Shown: positions 9,141 through 19,495 of the stretch, piece after piece
Layout of the letters: every line of letters starts with the position of its first letter
Numbering within the stretch: position 1 is the stretch's first letter
Source of the DNA: Octopus bimaculoides
Lineage: Eukaryota
DNA: 35,754 nt
Direction of reading: 5' to 3'
Assembly (NCBI RefSeq): GCF_001194135.2
Contig: NC_068986.1
Coordinates: 92,237,140 to 92,272,893 of the forward strand
The notes under the pieces: generated by a model
Database searches by the model: none
Told to the model about the DNA's origin: nothing
What the model saw: the letters and a program-made list of their open reading frames with translations, nothing else
Translations under genes and position numbers: made by a program

Positions 9141-10562
9141 CGCCTTTTTGTTCTATTATCTTGAAATGATCAAAGATTTTTTAGATTTCGCAGCTGCACC
9201 ACAAGGTTATCTGCCTTCATACCTCTTTCATGCAACTCTTTATTTACGCATGCATTGACCTTTCAATACACCGACTTTTTACACCAACGCATTAGCAATT
9301 GTGCATTTCTCGGTGTATTCAACGACCTCCAGTGATACGACCAAGGTGACTTCTCTACCATCTCTTTCGTATGAGGCTCCATACCACTCTCAATATTTCT
9401 CCATCGGGTTATATATATATTTTCAGTTGCCCTAGCTGCATTGGAAATAATTTATTTCCCAGAAGGTTATGTTACTTACAACTGCGGTACTGGAGGTGTT
9501 GATGTTTGTTGGTGTTAAAATGCTTGTCTTTGAACTGGTAAAGCTGTCGTTCTTCATGCTACTGTTATCGGCTGCTGTTGGGGAAGTAGTGATACTGGTG
9601 ATGATGATGATGATGATGTCGCATGAATTGCTTGAGTCTTGCCTAAAGTTGTGGCGCCAGTTTTATTGTTGTAATCGCTACTTTTTGCTGTTTTTGTTGT
9701 CGTTTATAGTTTCTGGGTGGTTTGCTGTTGTTCTAACACCATTTCTCTTCATTTCAGCGGACGCGACGCCATTATACCTGAGAAATCATCTTCGGCGAAG
9801 GGAAGTGTCCCATTATTATCAACTCCCGCTTTGCTTCTTTCATCAACTCCCACTTTCTCCTTCCCCTCTTCTTGACCAGTTACCCAACTTAAGGCTTGCT
9901 TCTCTGTTTTTGTTCCTCCCCATCCACCGAATGTTTTTTGGTATGAAAAACATTGCGGAGACATAAGCTCGTTGAGGTATGAACCAAATGAACCAACCAA
10001 TACTGCTTAGTCGTGATCGATTTTGAAACAAAATTGAAAACAGAAATTCACGCGACGCGATTCCTAAAAGGGCAAATTTTCAACGAATCTGCTTTACTTT
10101 ATGGAGCAGAAAAAAAGCGTGTCTTTCCATCCAATACATACATATATGTGTGTGTGTGTGTGGAGAAAGAGAGAGAGAGAGAGAGGGGGGAAATTCAGCT
10201 GTGTGCTTGACAATATTTTGCACGCGAAAACATGTTTCCGCGTTCGATTCTACTTCGCAATCTCTACAAAACAACTTCCTATGAGAAGTTTTCAAGGCGG
10301 TGTCCCAGCAACGACTGAAATAAATGAGTCAGTGCTTCTCAAACAATCTGATGTGACGTACAGGTAGCTTTTTTTTTTCCCAATCTGTCAGGGACCGGTA
10401 ATATTTCTTAGTAATATTAATTTACACCGGAAACAATAAATATAATGAATATAATAAAAGTTGATAATTTTTTTTAACATTTATTTTGTAAAGAAATAAT
10501 ACAATATTACATAAGCATTTTATAAGCATTTTATAATGTTTCTTTCTTTTCTGGAAACTCAC

Positions 10563-10626
10563 CGCGTACCGGCAGCTGATGGCTCGCCAACCGGCACCGG
10601 TCCACGGACCACGACTTCGAGTAGCA
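10563..10626 (-). other. Candidate 64-bp spliced exon of an unidentified gene
   Basis: Minus strand: ttattttttgttattcacttcag | 64 nt (43/64 GC, 9 CpG) | gtgagt. The GC-rich block ends at the splice signals inside very AT-rich flanks. All three frames are open; product not recognised. Confidence 0.55.
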
Positions 10627-10680
10627 CTGAAGTGAATAACAAAAAATAATATATACATACACACATGTACACATGTGTAC

Positions 10681-10683
<3 letters not shown>

Positions 10684-10772
<89 letters not shown>

Positions 10773-10811
10773 CTGTGTATGTATGTATGTATGTATGTAT
10801 GTATCTATCTA

Positions 10812-10850
<39 letters not shown>

Positions 10851-10856
10851 ACATTC
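10684..10856. repeat. Compound (GT)n/(TATG)n/(CA)n microsatellite
   Basis: Seen directly. Confidence 0.95.
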
Positions 10857-11961
10857 ACACATACGCATGTGTGTTTGCGTGTGTGCGTTTGCATGTGTTT
10901 GAACGTGTGTGCCTACGTGTCAATACAAGGCAACTCACACTCAACAATTATCACAATAACGTTGAAGCGAATACACTGGCGAGCAAGGACAATCAATTTG
11001 TGACTGTCCCTATATCTATTATGTCAACACCTGCTGATGGGACAGGGTACCTGCCAGGCACATGCCGTAGGCTGTATGTGAGGGAAGGGATTAGAAAGGG
11101 GACTGTGGAGTTCTTTATTTATTTATTTTTTTTGCTGAGAGTTATTTTCTTTGTTTTTATATTTTAATTTTCTTCGAATTATTGATATTTAATATGATCA
11201 AAAATGAAGTTGGTGGTAGTAGTGGTGGAGGTGGTTAAAACAGGTGTCTATGTTGTTGTTGTTTAGCATAGCTAAATCGACCCTGACCAGGTAGTGCTAT
11301 GATAAAAAGTATTCCAGCCATGGCCATCTCAAATTTTTACAGACATATTGTATCTTGGATAATACTATCCAATATTTATTTCTCTTTTCAAGATGATGCC
11401 TGATAAATTTGAGAATATAATTTCTATTTCTAGCACAACTCAACTGAATTATTACATATTGTAGTAGCAGCAGCAGTACATACACTACCGTGTGTGAATA
11501 ATATTCTTAAGGTCAGCATTTACTAACTCTTGACCACTTCTAGGCTTTGTTACTAACTCAGTTTTTAACCAAATTAGATGATGTTTACATTTTTAGATTG
11601 GTCACATCCTAAGCTACAATTTCAATTGAGAAATTTGAAAATTGTTTCGGCAGAAAGAAATTTCAGTAAAATATGTGAGGTCAAAAACGGGAGAGGTAAC
11701 GCCTGAAATCGACCTTGAGTCCAAATATTTTTTTTTAGAGAAATGTATATTCCAGTGTATCTCAACTTAAGCACCACATGTATACATTGATCCATTTGGT
11801 GGTGCTTTTTATCATCAATTTAATTTCGTTCCAAAAATCGTTTTCTTATAGCTTGTCCAGTTTCATCTTTCAGTTACAAGTTATTCACCCAGTCATCTTA
11901 TAAACTAACCAAATGTTTTTTACTATTCCCCACATTGTTTCAAATATCTTATTTTGTTTAC

Positions 11962-12016
<55 letters not shown>
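11962..12016. repeat. (TAT)n microsatellite
   Basis: Seen directly. Confidence 0.98.
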
Positions 12017-12439
12017 TTTGTCATTTTAAGGATGATTCTCACAGTATTTACAGCTTTCCTCCACTCCTCCGAGAATGTCGCAGAGAACCACTTAGAGTGT
12101 ATTTTAGTCCGAGAAAATAATGAAACCTTGAGTAAGGAGGTAGCAAACTTCTCTTATCTAACCATGCAACAAAGACATCCAAAGAACCATAGAACAGGGT
12201 GGGCATGATTGGACCGATGTGGTGTTAAAAGTATCAAGCAAACGCCAGAAAAGTTCTAATGGTACCTACATCGATGTCTAACTCTGTCTGCTACATATTC
12301 TAGTTGTCAGTTATAACAAAAAGTTAAAGTGCCTCCTCCTCCTCCTCTTCCTCCTAGCGTTTGAGATCATGACGCTCCCACATCAATCAGATATTTGGAG
12401 TCAGAAAGAAAAGAATTTAAAAGAAATTTAAAATGGCTT

Positions 12440-12965
12440 CTAAGCAAGAGTATTTACGTTAGTTGCTCATGCCTGGATAATATTGCTTCCAGCACTGCAT
12501 ACTGCAATCATGAACTCACAGTTTTCACATTATACTCCAACCTATAACTGCCAAAATCTTACTAACTGTCCATTGAGAGGCTCCTGCTTCTCAAAGGCTG
12601 TAGTCTATAGAGCCACCCTTACACTGTTGAATTGAATCATGGGACATTCACAGGCTTGACAACCGATGTCTTTAACAGAAAATATATGCAACACATGTAC
12701 TCCTTCAGATTGTTGGACAGAAAAAAAACTCTACCTTCTTCTCTTACTTCATTTAGAGACTATGGGACCATCAAAATGACTTCCCCAACATTATATGGAG
12801 CATCCTTGACAGGTTTCCGTCTTACTCACATAGAACTCATAAGTGTGAACTCTTTCTCCATGAGAAACTGCACATACTCTGCTACCTCACAATATCCTTT
12901 AATAGGAAACTTGTCCTATTCTATTGTTGTCACCAGAAGTACATCCTGTTAATGAATTTCAAATC
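12440..12965 (+). mobile_element. Penelope-like element, C-terminal GIY-YIG endonuclease region, decayed
   Basis: With frameshifts: SCSCLDNIAS, NCQNLTNCPLRGSCFSKAVVYRAT, GTFTGLTTDVFNRKYMQHMYSFR, WSILDRFPSYSHRTHKCELFLHEKLHIL, FNRK..CCHQKYILLMNFK. Confidence 0.85.
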
Positions 12966-13474
12966 ATTGGCTGCTGCTAACCCAGATTTACCATCCTACA
13001 CTTAGCTGGCCCATGCACAATGTCAGGGTGTTTAATTCTTACTGTCATACATGCTACTCGTGCAATATCATATGTAACCTGACACCATAAAATTTGTTCA
13101 CTCCTTATGAGATAACTGTTGTTGCTAAAGAACACCACACTCTGCAGAATGCCATCCAAATGCTGCCAACATCCTGTCTGGCCTACCATGTGTAGCATTC
13201 AATGTAAGAAATTATGTCACTGAAATATCACATCCTATAAAATTAATTGATGCCAACATCTTTTCTGTTTTGCTATGTTCTTAATGAGAGAACTGATTTG
13301 GTAAGAGATGTCTAAATACTCTCAATAGATGTCTAAATACTCTCACTGAGAAACGTTCTAAATTTCTTTTAAATTCCCTCTGTTCTGAGTCTGAAAGTCT
13401 GATAAAGGGAGCATGCTCTATAGTTTGAAACTTTAAGTAGTGCAGAATTGAATCAAATAATTATATATATATTT

Positions 13475-13790
13475 CATCATCATCATCATCATTGTTTAAC
13501 GTTCACCTTCTATGCAGGCATGTGTTGGACAGTTTGACAGGAACTGGTCAAGACTATCTCAGGCTATTGTGTCTGTTTTAGCAGGGATTTTACAGCTGGA
13601 TGCCCTTCCTAACACCAACCACTCCGCAGAGTGAACTGAATGCTTTTTATATGGCACCAGCGCAGGTGAGGTCAATTTTAGCATGGTTTTTACTGCTAGA
13701 TGCCTTTTCAAATGCCAACTACTTTACAGTGTGGACTGGATGCTTTTTATGTGGCACCAGCACTGGCAGGGTCACCAAGTAACTTGCAAG
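13475..13790 (-). mobile_element. Retroposon 3' end with (ATG)n tail, probably RTE-type or RTE-mobilised
   Basis: (CAT)n followed by gtttaacgttcacc..gcatgtgttggacagtttgac; internal ~100-bp duplicated unit ggatgcccttcctaac..atggcaccagc. Second copy at 17124-17200. Confidence 0.6.
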
Positions 13791-13859
13791 ATAAAAAATT
13801 TTGAGAGGAGAGGGGGCATTAGAGGAGGGAAGGGTGTTTTGTGTACTATGGATCTTTCA

Positions 13860-14350
13860 GTTGCTTCTGTTATGCAGATGATATAGAACTGCAATTAAAT
13901 AACCACCATGAGATGCAGTCCAAGTCATGAAGTTAGCTGAAGAGGCAATGAAAATGGGCCTCTGAGTGAACCAGGATAAGACAGAAGTTTTGAGGCTGAA
14001 TGCCTGTTACCAGGAACCAATTTGAATTGGAACAGAATTGTGTATCAAGGTAGCATCATTTCAAAGATGTATGGAACAGAGGAGGATATGAAGCGTGGTA
14101 TGCCTTCAACAGTCTTTGAGTGGTCTGGAATTCCAAAGCCATCTCCCTCAAATCAAAACTCTGCATCTTCAATTCCAACATCAAGGTCATTCTTCTCTAT
14201 GGATAAGAAACTTGGAGAGTCACAAAAGCCTTAAAGAGTAAGCGAGAGACCTGTGTCATCAAATGTCTGCACTACATATTCAAGATCTGGTGGTTGGACA
14301 AAATTCCAAACAAAAGTCTGTGGGATAGAACAAACCAAACTCGGTTGTCA
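13860..14350 (+). mobile_element. RTE-clade LINE reverse transcriptase fragment
   Basis: YADD at 13871-13882, LAEEAMKMGL*VNQDKTEVLR, YQGSIISK, WNSKAISLKSKLCIFNSNIKVILLYG*ETWRVTK, KCLHYIFKIWWLDKIPNKSLWDRTNQ. Confidence 0.88.
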
Positions 14351-14357
14351 AGCAATG

Positions 14358-14389
14358 TTGGGGGGACAAACACAGACACACAAACATAT

Positions 14390-14436
<47 letters not shown>

Positions 14437-14578
14437 TACACATATATACGATGGGCTTCTTCAGTTTCCGTCTACCAAATCCACTCACAAGGCTATAGTA
14501 GAAGACACTTGCCCAAGGTGCCTCGCAATGGGACTGAACCCAGAAACATGTGGTTGGTAAGCAAGCTACTTACCACAC
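14358..14578 (-). mobile_element. SINE family B, 5' half with expanded (TA)n
   Basis: gaagacacttgcccaaggtgcc..gggactgaaccc..cttaccacac. Confidence 0.88.
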
Positions 14579-14589
14579 TTAGTAAGAAA

Positions 14590-15061
14590 TTTTCTTTTAT
14601 TTAATGGAAAATTTAGTAGTAGCATGGAGTTGAGAAATTTATAGAGAGCAAAAAAAAAAGCTTCTAAGCAAACAACTCTAGATTTGTTTTTGAAAAAGAA
14701 ATCTACAAGTCCATCTATAAAAGCTTGTGAATTGGCAATCGCATCTACAAGTGATGGTGTGTGTGAGTCTAGTGTGAGTGAAAGTGATTCAGAAAACAGT
14801 TAAAATAATATTTTTTATTACAAATGATCTTTATATTATTTTTAGCTTACATAAAATATTCTTTACATTCTACTGTTGTTTTATTTTGTTTTATTACCAT
14901 TTATTTACGAGTATTATAAATTTTGTAGGTAAAATATTTCTCTGGGAATGAATTACAATTTATAACGTTGTTTCTATGGGAAATTATTGCTCTGCTTTAT
15001 GAGTTTTCACTTTACGAGTGGTCTCTGGGAATAGATTAACTCATATATCGAGGCATTACTG
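14590..15061 (+). mobile_element. pogo/Tigger-like DNA transposon 3' end
   Basis: REIYRE-poly-K..SKQTTLDLFLKK transposase C-terminus; terminal gtttctatgggaaa..tcgaggcattactg followed by TA (15062-15063). Confidence 0.72.
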
Positions 15062-15169
15062 TATAAAGATGAATAGAAAGTGAATGGGGATAGGAGAACT
15101 GGGAAGTGGGGGTGGTTGGATATGAATTTAAAAGAAATTTGGTTGAAATCTTATTTACAATAAGATGGT

Positions 15170-15490
15170 GAGGGTGCTTGGCTTAGTGGTTAGGGTATCT
15201 AGCTCCTAATCTTAAGGTCATGAGTTTGGTTCCTGGTGGCACATCGAGTCTTTGAGTAAGACACTTTATTTTTCATTACTCCAGTTCACTCAGCTGGTAA
15301 AAATGAGTAGTTCCTGTATTTTAAAAGGGTCAGCTTTATCACATTCTGTGTCATGTTGAATCTCCCTGAGAGCTATGTTAAGGGTACATGTGTCTGTGGA
15401 GTGCTCAGCCACTTGCATGTTAATTTCATAATCAGGCTGTTCTGTTGATCAGATCAACTGGAACACTCGTCATTGTAACCAATGGAGGAC
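15170..15490 (+). mobile_element. SINE with D-type head and C-type 3' part, CpG-decayed
   Basis: Head segment acactttatttt..cactcagctg shared with 25446; tail gtgtctgtggagtgctcagccacttgca.. shared with 30170 and 35700. Confidence 0.85.
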
Positions 15491-15699
15491 CAGTGATGTA
15501 AAATTTAATTTCATGGCAATCAACATAAATAAAGTAAGCGCTAATAATTGTTATTTTTTTCTTGATTGAATTTTTGCCACAGAAAGAAGTTTTTTAAAAT
15601 TTGGCAAACCGATGGAGTGGCAGTTAGTCAATAAGATGATTAACATGTATACAAAGCAAGTTAAACTAAGATCTGTGATGCATTCAAGTGAAAAGTGAG

Positions 15700-15879
15700 G
15701 GAGAGAGAAAGACTGTGAGTGAGAGGGGGAGAAAAGGAGTATGAAGGAAAGAGGGAGTGAGGGAGAGAGAAAGAGATAGATAGACAGATAGATAGATAGA
15801 GAGAGAGATGGAGAGAGAAAGTGAGTGAGAGAGAGAGAAAGAGAGAGAGAGAGAGGGAGAGAGAGAGAGAGAGAGAGAG
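15700..15879. repeat. GA-rich/(GA)n/(GATA)n low-complexity tract
   Basis: Seen directly. Confidence 0.9.
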
Positions 15880-17123
15880 AACATAGTATAAGTGATAAAA
15901 TGACGAGGCACAAATATCTTATCCTTCAGTTTAATTAGATTATCATGATAATGAATGAGTGAGTTACAAATCAGTCATAGGAAAAAGTTTAAAAAAACTA
16001 AAAGAAAATAAATACATCTATATAACTCCTTAAAGCTGCTTCTTTATATGTACCATTAAAGTGCCATAAATTGGTTCTGTGTCTAACAATGGAACTGATA
16101 TTGAAACATCTTCACAAATATCCATAGCACATCCAACACGATTTCTTTCTTTCCTCTCAGTACAAAATATAGCAAACTTTAGTAAATATATTTCAGTGCT
16201 TCCATATATATATTTCAGTGCTTCCATATGCATTATGCTTCCATGCGTATGATATATATATCATTTAATTACATGTTGCAAGATCTATGGATTAGAGGAA
16301 TTTAATAATATCTCATCTATTAAGTCCTAATATGTCTATGACATTTAAAAGAAGGTCTAATGTGCAGGATGGGGCTGGTTGTTATGACTGTCTTGAGTAT
16401 GTTGTGTATGTAATTGTTAACCATTAGACTATCCATATGCCATCTTCTGTGCTAGGAGTGAAAAGTAAAATGCATTGTTAGACTACTGCTATTTATCATA
16501 CATTTGCATTATGTGTGCTGTCCTCTTTTGGTGAGTATGTGTAAATCTGCCTGATACATTCAGTGTTGGCTAAAATCTACAGATATATATATAACTAAAG
16601 TAGTATAAGTATGAAAATTGAAATTAAACACTGTTAATACACCAGTAATTTATTAATTGAACTTGCTGTTAAGAATGTGTTACATGCACATTTTGATCTA
16701 CCTAGTTACTTAATCCTTTGGTAATATTGGGTTTATAAGAAATGTCTTAGTTAAAGAGGGTACTCAGTGGCAATGGGAATGGTATATCAATTCAGAACAT
16801 ATACAGAGAGCTATTTAATAAATCTTAAATGAACTTTAATGAAAATTTTATTTTATAAGTTATTGTATTTGTGACTAAAAGTTTGTTCATGTTTTCTACT
16901 TAACTTTTATACTGATAGCTTCACTTGGATAACTACAATGGATTATTATGATGCTTCACAATTTCTGGTTTTAGTGTATCAGTACCATATATTTCTGTAC
17001 TATATCTGTGCTATATATTTAGTGTAGTGTATCTATACCTTATATTCATATTTACTTTACAGTTAAATAAAAAAGTGTGTTTAAGTGAATGTATATACTT
17101 GTTTAGACAAGAAAATCATATAT

Positions 17124-17200
17124 CATCATCATCATCATCACTGTTTAATGTCCATTTTCCATGCTGGCATGGGTTGGATGGTTCGACAGCAGCTAGCTTG
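17124..17200 (-). mobile_element. Short 3' end of the same (ATG)n-tailed retroposon
   Basis: (CAT)n then ctgtttaatgtccattttccatgctggcatgggttggatgg. Confidence 0.65.
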
Positions 17201-19280
17201 CTAGTTGGAGAGCTGTGTAGAAATTAATGCATTCATATTCAATAAACCAAATCAATAGTTGGTTTTTATTTGAGCCATTCTGATCATAAACAGCCATTAA
17301 CGACATGGATGATGTCTGAACAAAAATTGATATAGCTACAGTGAAACTTCATCACAAACAATTTTTAACCAAAAGAAAAAAAAAAAAAAAAAAAAAAAAA
17401 CTACGACCAGAATTTATCTTACAGTAATGAACACAGCAAAAGTTGTATTTCATAGGTTGCTCTGTGTTGAAATAATGCTTTCAGTGTGATCTATTTGAAA
17501 CCAGAAGAAATTATTTTTTAAATATAGACTATAAGAATTAATTATTAGCAACAGAAGCAATATTAATACCAAAATGTAATCTTTATATCCAACTTAACAA
17601 GGAAACCATGTTAAATGAAAGACTCTCTCAATCAAGGCTAATGATGTGGTAAGTATTATGTTATGTTGGATATAATGTTTACTTTTTGGGGTTAATATTG
17701 CTTCCGTAGCTAATAATTAATTTTTAATAAGCCTGCTGGCTGTTTGTGACATCCGCATCCGAAAAGATGTTGATATTCTATATATTGTAGCAGTGAGATG
17801 TGACTGATATGCAGTGATCAGTTGGTTCCCATTGATGAGGTTCAGAAGACTGAAATTATGGGATATAGGAATTCTGGCAGATTTTGTTTGCTATGATCTA
17901 TATGTGTGTGTTTTAAGCACCATGCACCTATATTAAGAGGGTCCCTCAAGGCTAATGACACAGTATCCATGTTAAGTTGGATATAATGCTTACTATTTAC
18001 AATAAGAATGTTGTAGCGGTTGCCTACTCTGTGGTGAATAATTTTGAAATACCTTGAAGCTCCTCCTTTTTGTAGGGTTGTGAATAATAAATTTCTCTGA
18101 AAGAAATAAAATGCAGAAAAATAAATAAATAAAATCAAAAGTAAAAAGACAATTTTAGAAATAATACATTTCTAAATCTCTCAGAGAGATTTGTGCAGTA
18201 GTGCTTGTCTACCCCTTGTAAACATAAGGACGCAGGAAATGTGTCAAGGCTGACAGGAAGCGGTGCAGCTTCCTGGGTCTAACCAACAGTAGTATTATTC
18301 CCTTCAGGGGACTGTCACATTAAGTTGACAGCATATAATTACTTTAAAAAGACAATATTTCTTTATTAAATAAGTTGTCAATTGTATCATATTTCAAACC
18401 CCTGTCTTTGTACAGGATGGTGTAAGATGGTTGTCAGCTTATTCTTATATAATTTTTGTATTCTTATTTTTGTATTCTTACACCATTTTTGTCAATAAAC
18501 ACACACACACACTGAAATCCAACATCCCATCCCAATGGACTTAATCAGACTCACATCTCTTAAAGTAGAAGATTCCTTTTAGATTTCAACATTGCACTGA
18601 GTACACAAGGTCCTCTCTTATCTGCTCTTCAGTAACTTTGGTGTGTTCCATACAACAACAACACCAGAACCACCACCACCACTACTGCCACTACTGCAGA
18701 GGCCTCTAATGGAGATATGACAATTTTGTCATATCAACACAGAAACACAGTCCTTAATCATATCTAAAAAAACAATTTTGTATATCATTCTCTCCAGCAG
18801 TTAAAACCCTCAAAATTACAATAAAGGTTAAGCTTCACAATCTAGGAGCATTTTTCCTGGTGACTCCACATAAATAATGTAACTAAATTATAAGGCACAA
18901 AAAGAAAATGACTCTCCCCAGACACAACAGAATATGCTTCAACACACGGACTCACATAAAGAATCTTGCAAACCAAATCCAAAAACGAAATGTAACTAAA
19001 ACTCCATCAGAAAGACCAGCCATTCTCTATGGAGCCAGAAAATACTTCAATCTTGTTGATTTTTTACAAAAATTAAAATTCACGATGGAATACAGTTCCT
19101 GCACCCATGCAATCAAACCTATAAGACTGCATTTAAATGAAGACCATCTAACCAGTTATCCCGGGAACAAAATTTCCTTAGTGGGATGCAAATCCAGGTC
19201 CAAATTTTTTACGTAAACGGTGGATTATTTTCAATGTTAATGTTAAAACAATGCAGGTATAATAATAATTTTTATTATTA

Positions 19281-19495
19281 TGAGGGTTGACTGAAATGTT
19301 CATAGGCTGAGCAATTCACTCTCAAGGAATGTGACCAAATGAAGTTAATTTTTTAACATAGTTCCTCTTACTGTCCACACACTTCCATCAGTAGCTGGAG
19401 TGCCTGGATCACACTGGTGAAGAAGCTATCCTGTTGATCAAAATAGTCATCAACTGTAGATAAGACATCATCATCACAGTGATACTGGTGCCCAG
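19281..19495 (-). mobile_element. Mariner 3' end: transposase C-terminus plus TIR
   Basis: Minus strand reads GHQYHCDDDVLSTVDDYFDQQDSFFTSVIQALQ..KCVDSKRNYVKK (frameshifted). TA at 19279-19280 precedes TIR-like tgagggttgactgaaatg. Confidence 0.8.

Noticed and set aside
9469-9966. 165-aa hydrophobic plus-strand ORF resembling a membrane protein
   Set aside because: Looks like the antisense shadow of A/C-rich sequence plus a (GAT)n tract; no recognisable domain.
11597-11700. SAERNFSK, resembling the hAT dimerisation motif SAERSFS
   Set aside because: The match is too short and flanking homology weak; needs an HMM search.
16186-16229. 22-bp direct tandem duplication
   Set aside because: Ordinary slippage with no sign of function.
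16477-16530. TTAIYHTFALC, similar to SLC15 peptide transporter TAIYHTFVALC, before a GTGAGT donor
   Set aside because: An in-frame stop lies immediately upstream, the match needs a gap, and no other SLC15 exons were found.
18413-18490. Short inverted ends tggtgtaaga/tcttacacca with a TA-cag start
   Set aside because: May be a Tc1-like end, but too short to call.
18908-19216. 102-aa ORF
   Set aside because: No recognisable motif or splice support; possibly decayed TE.
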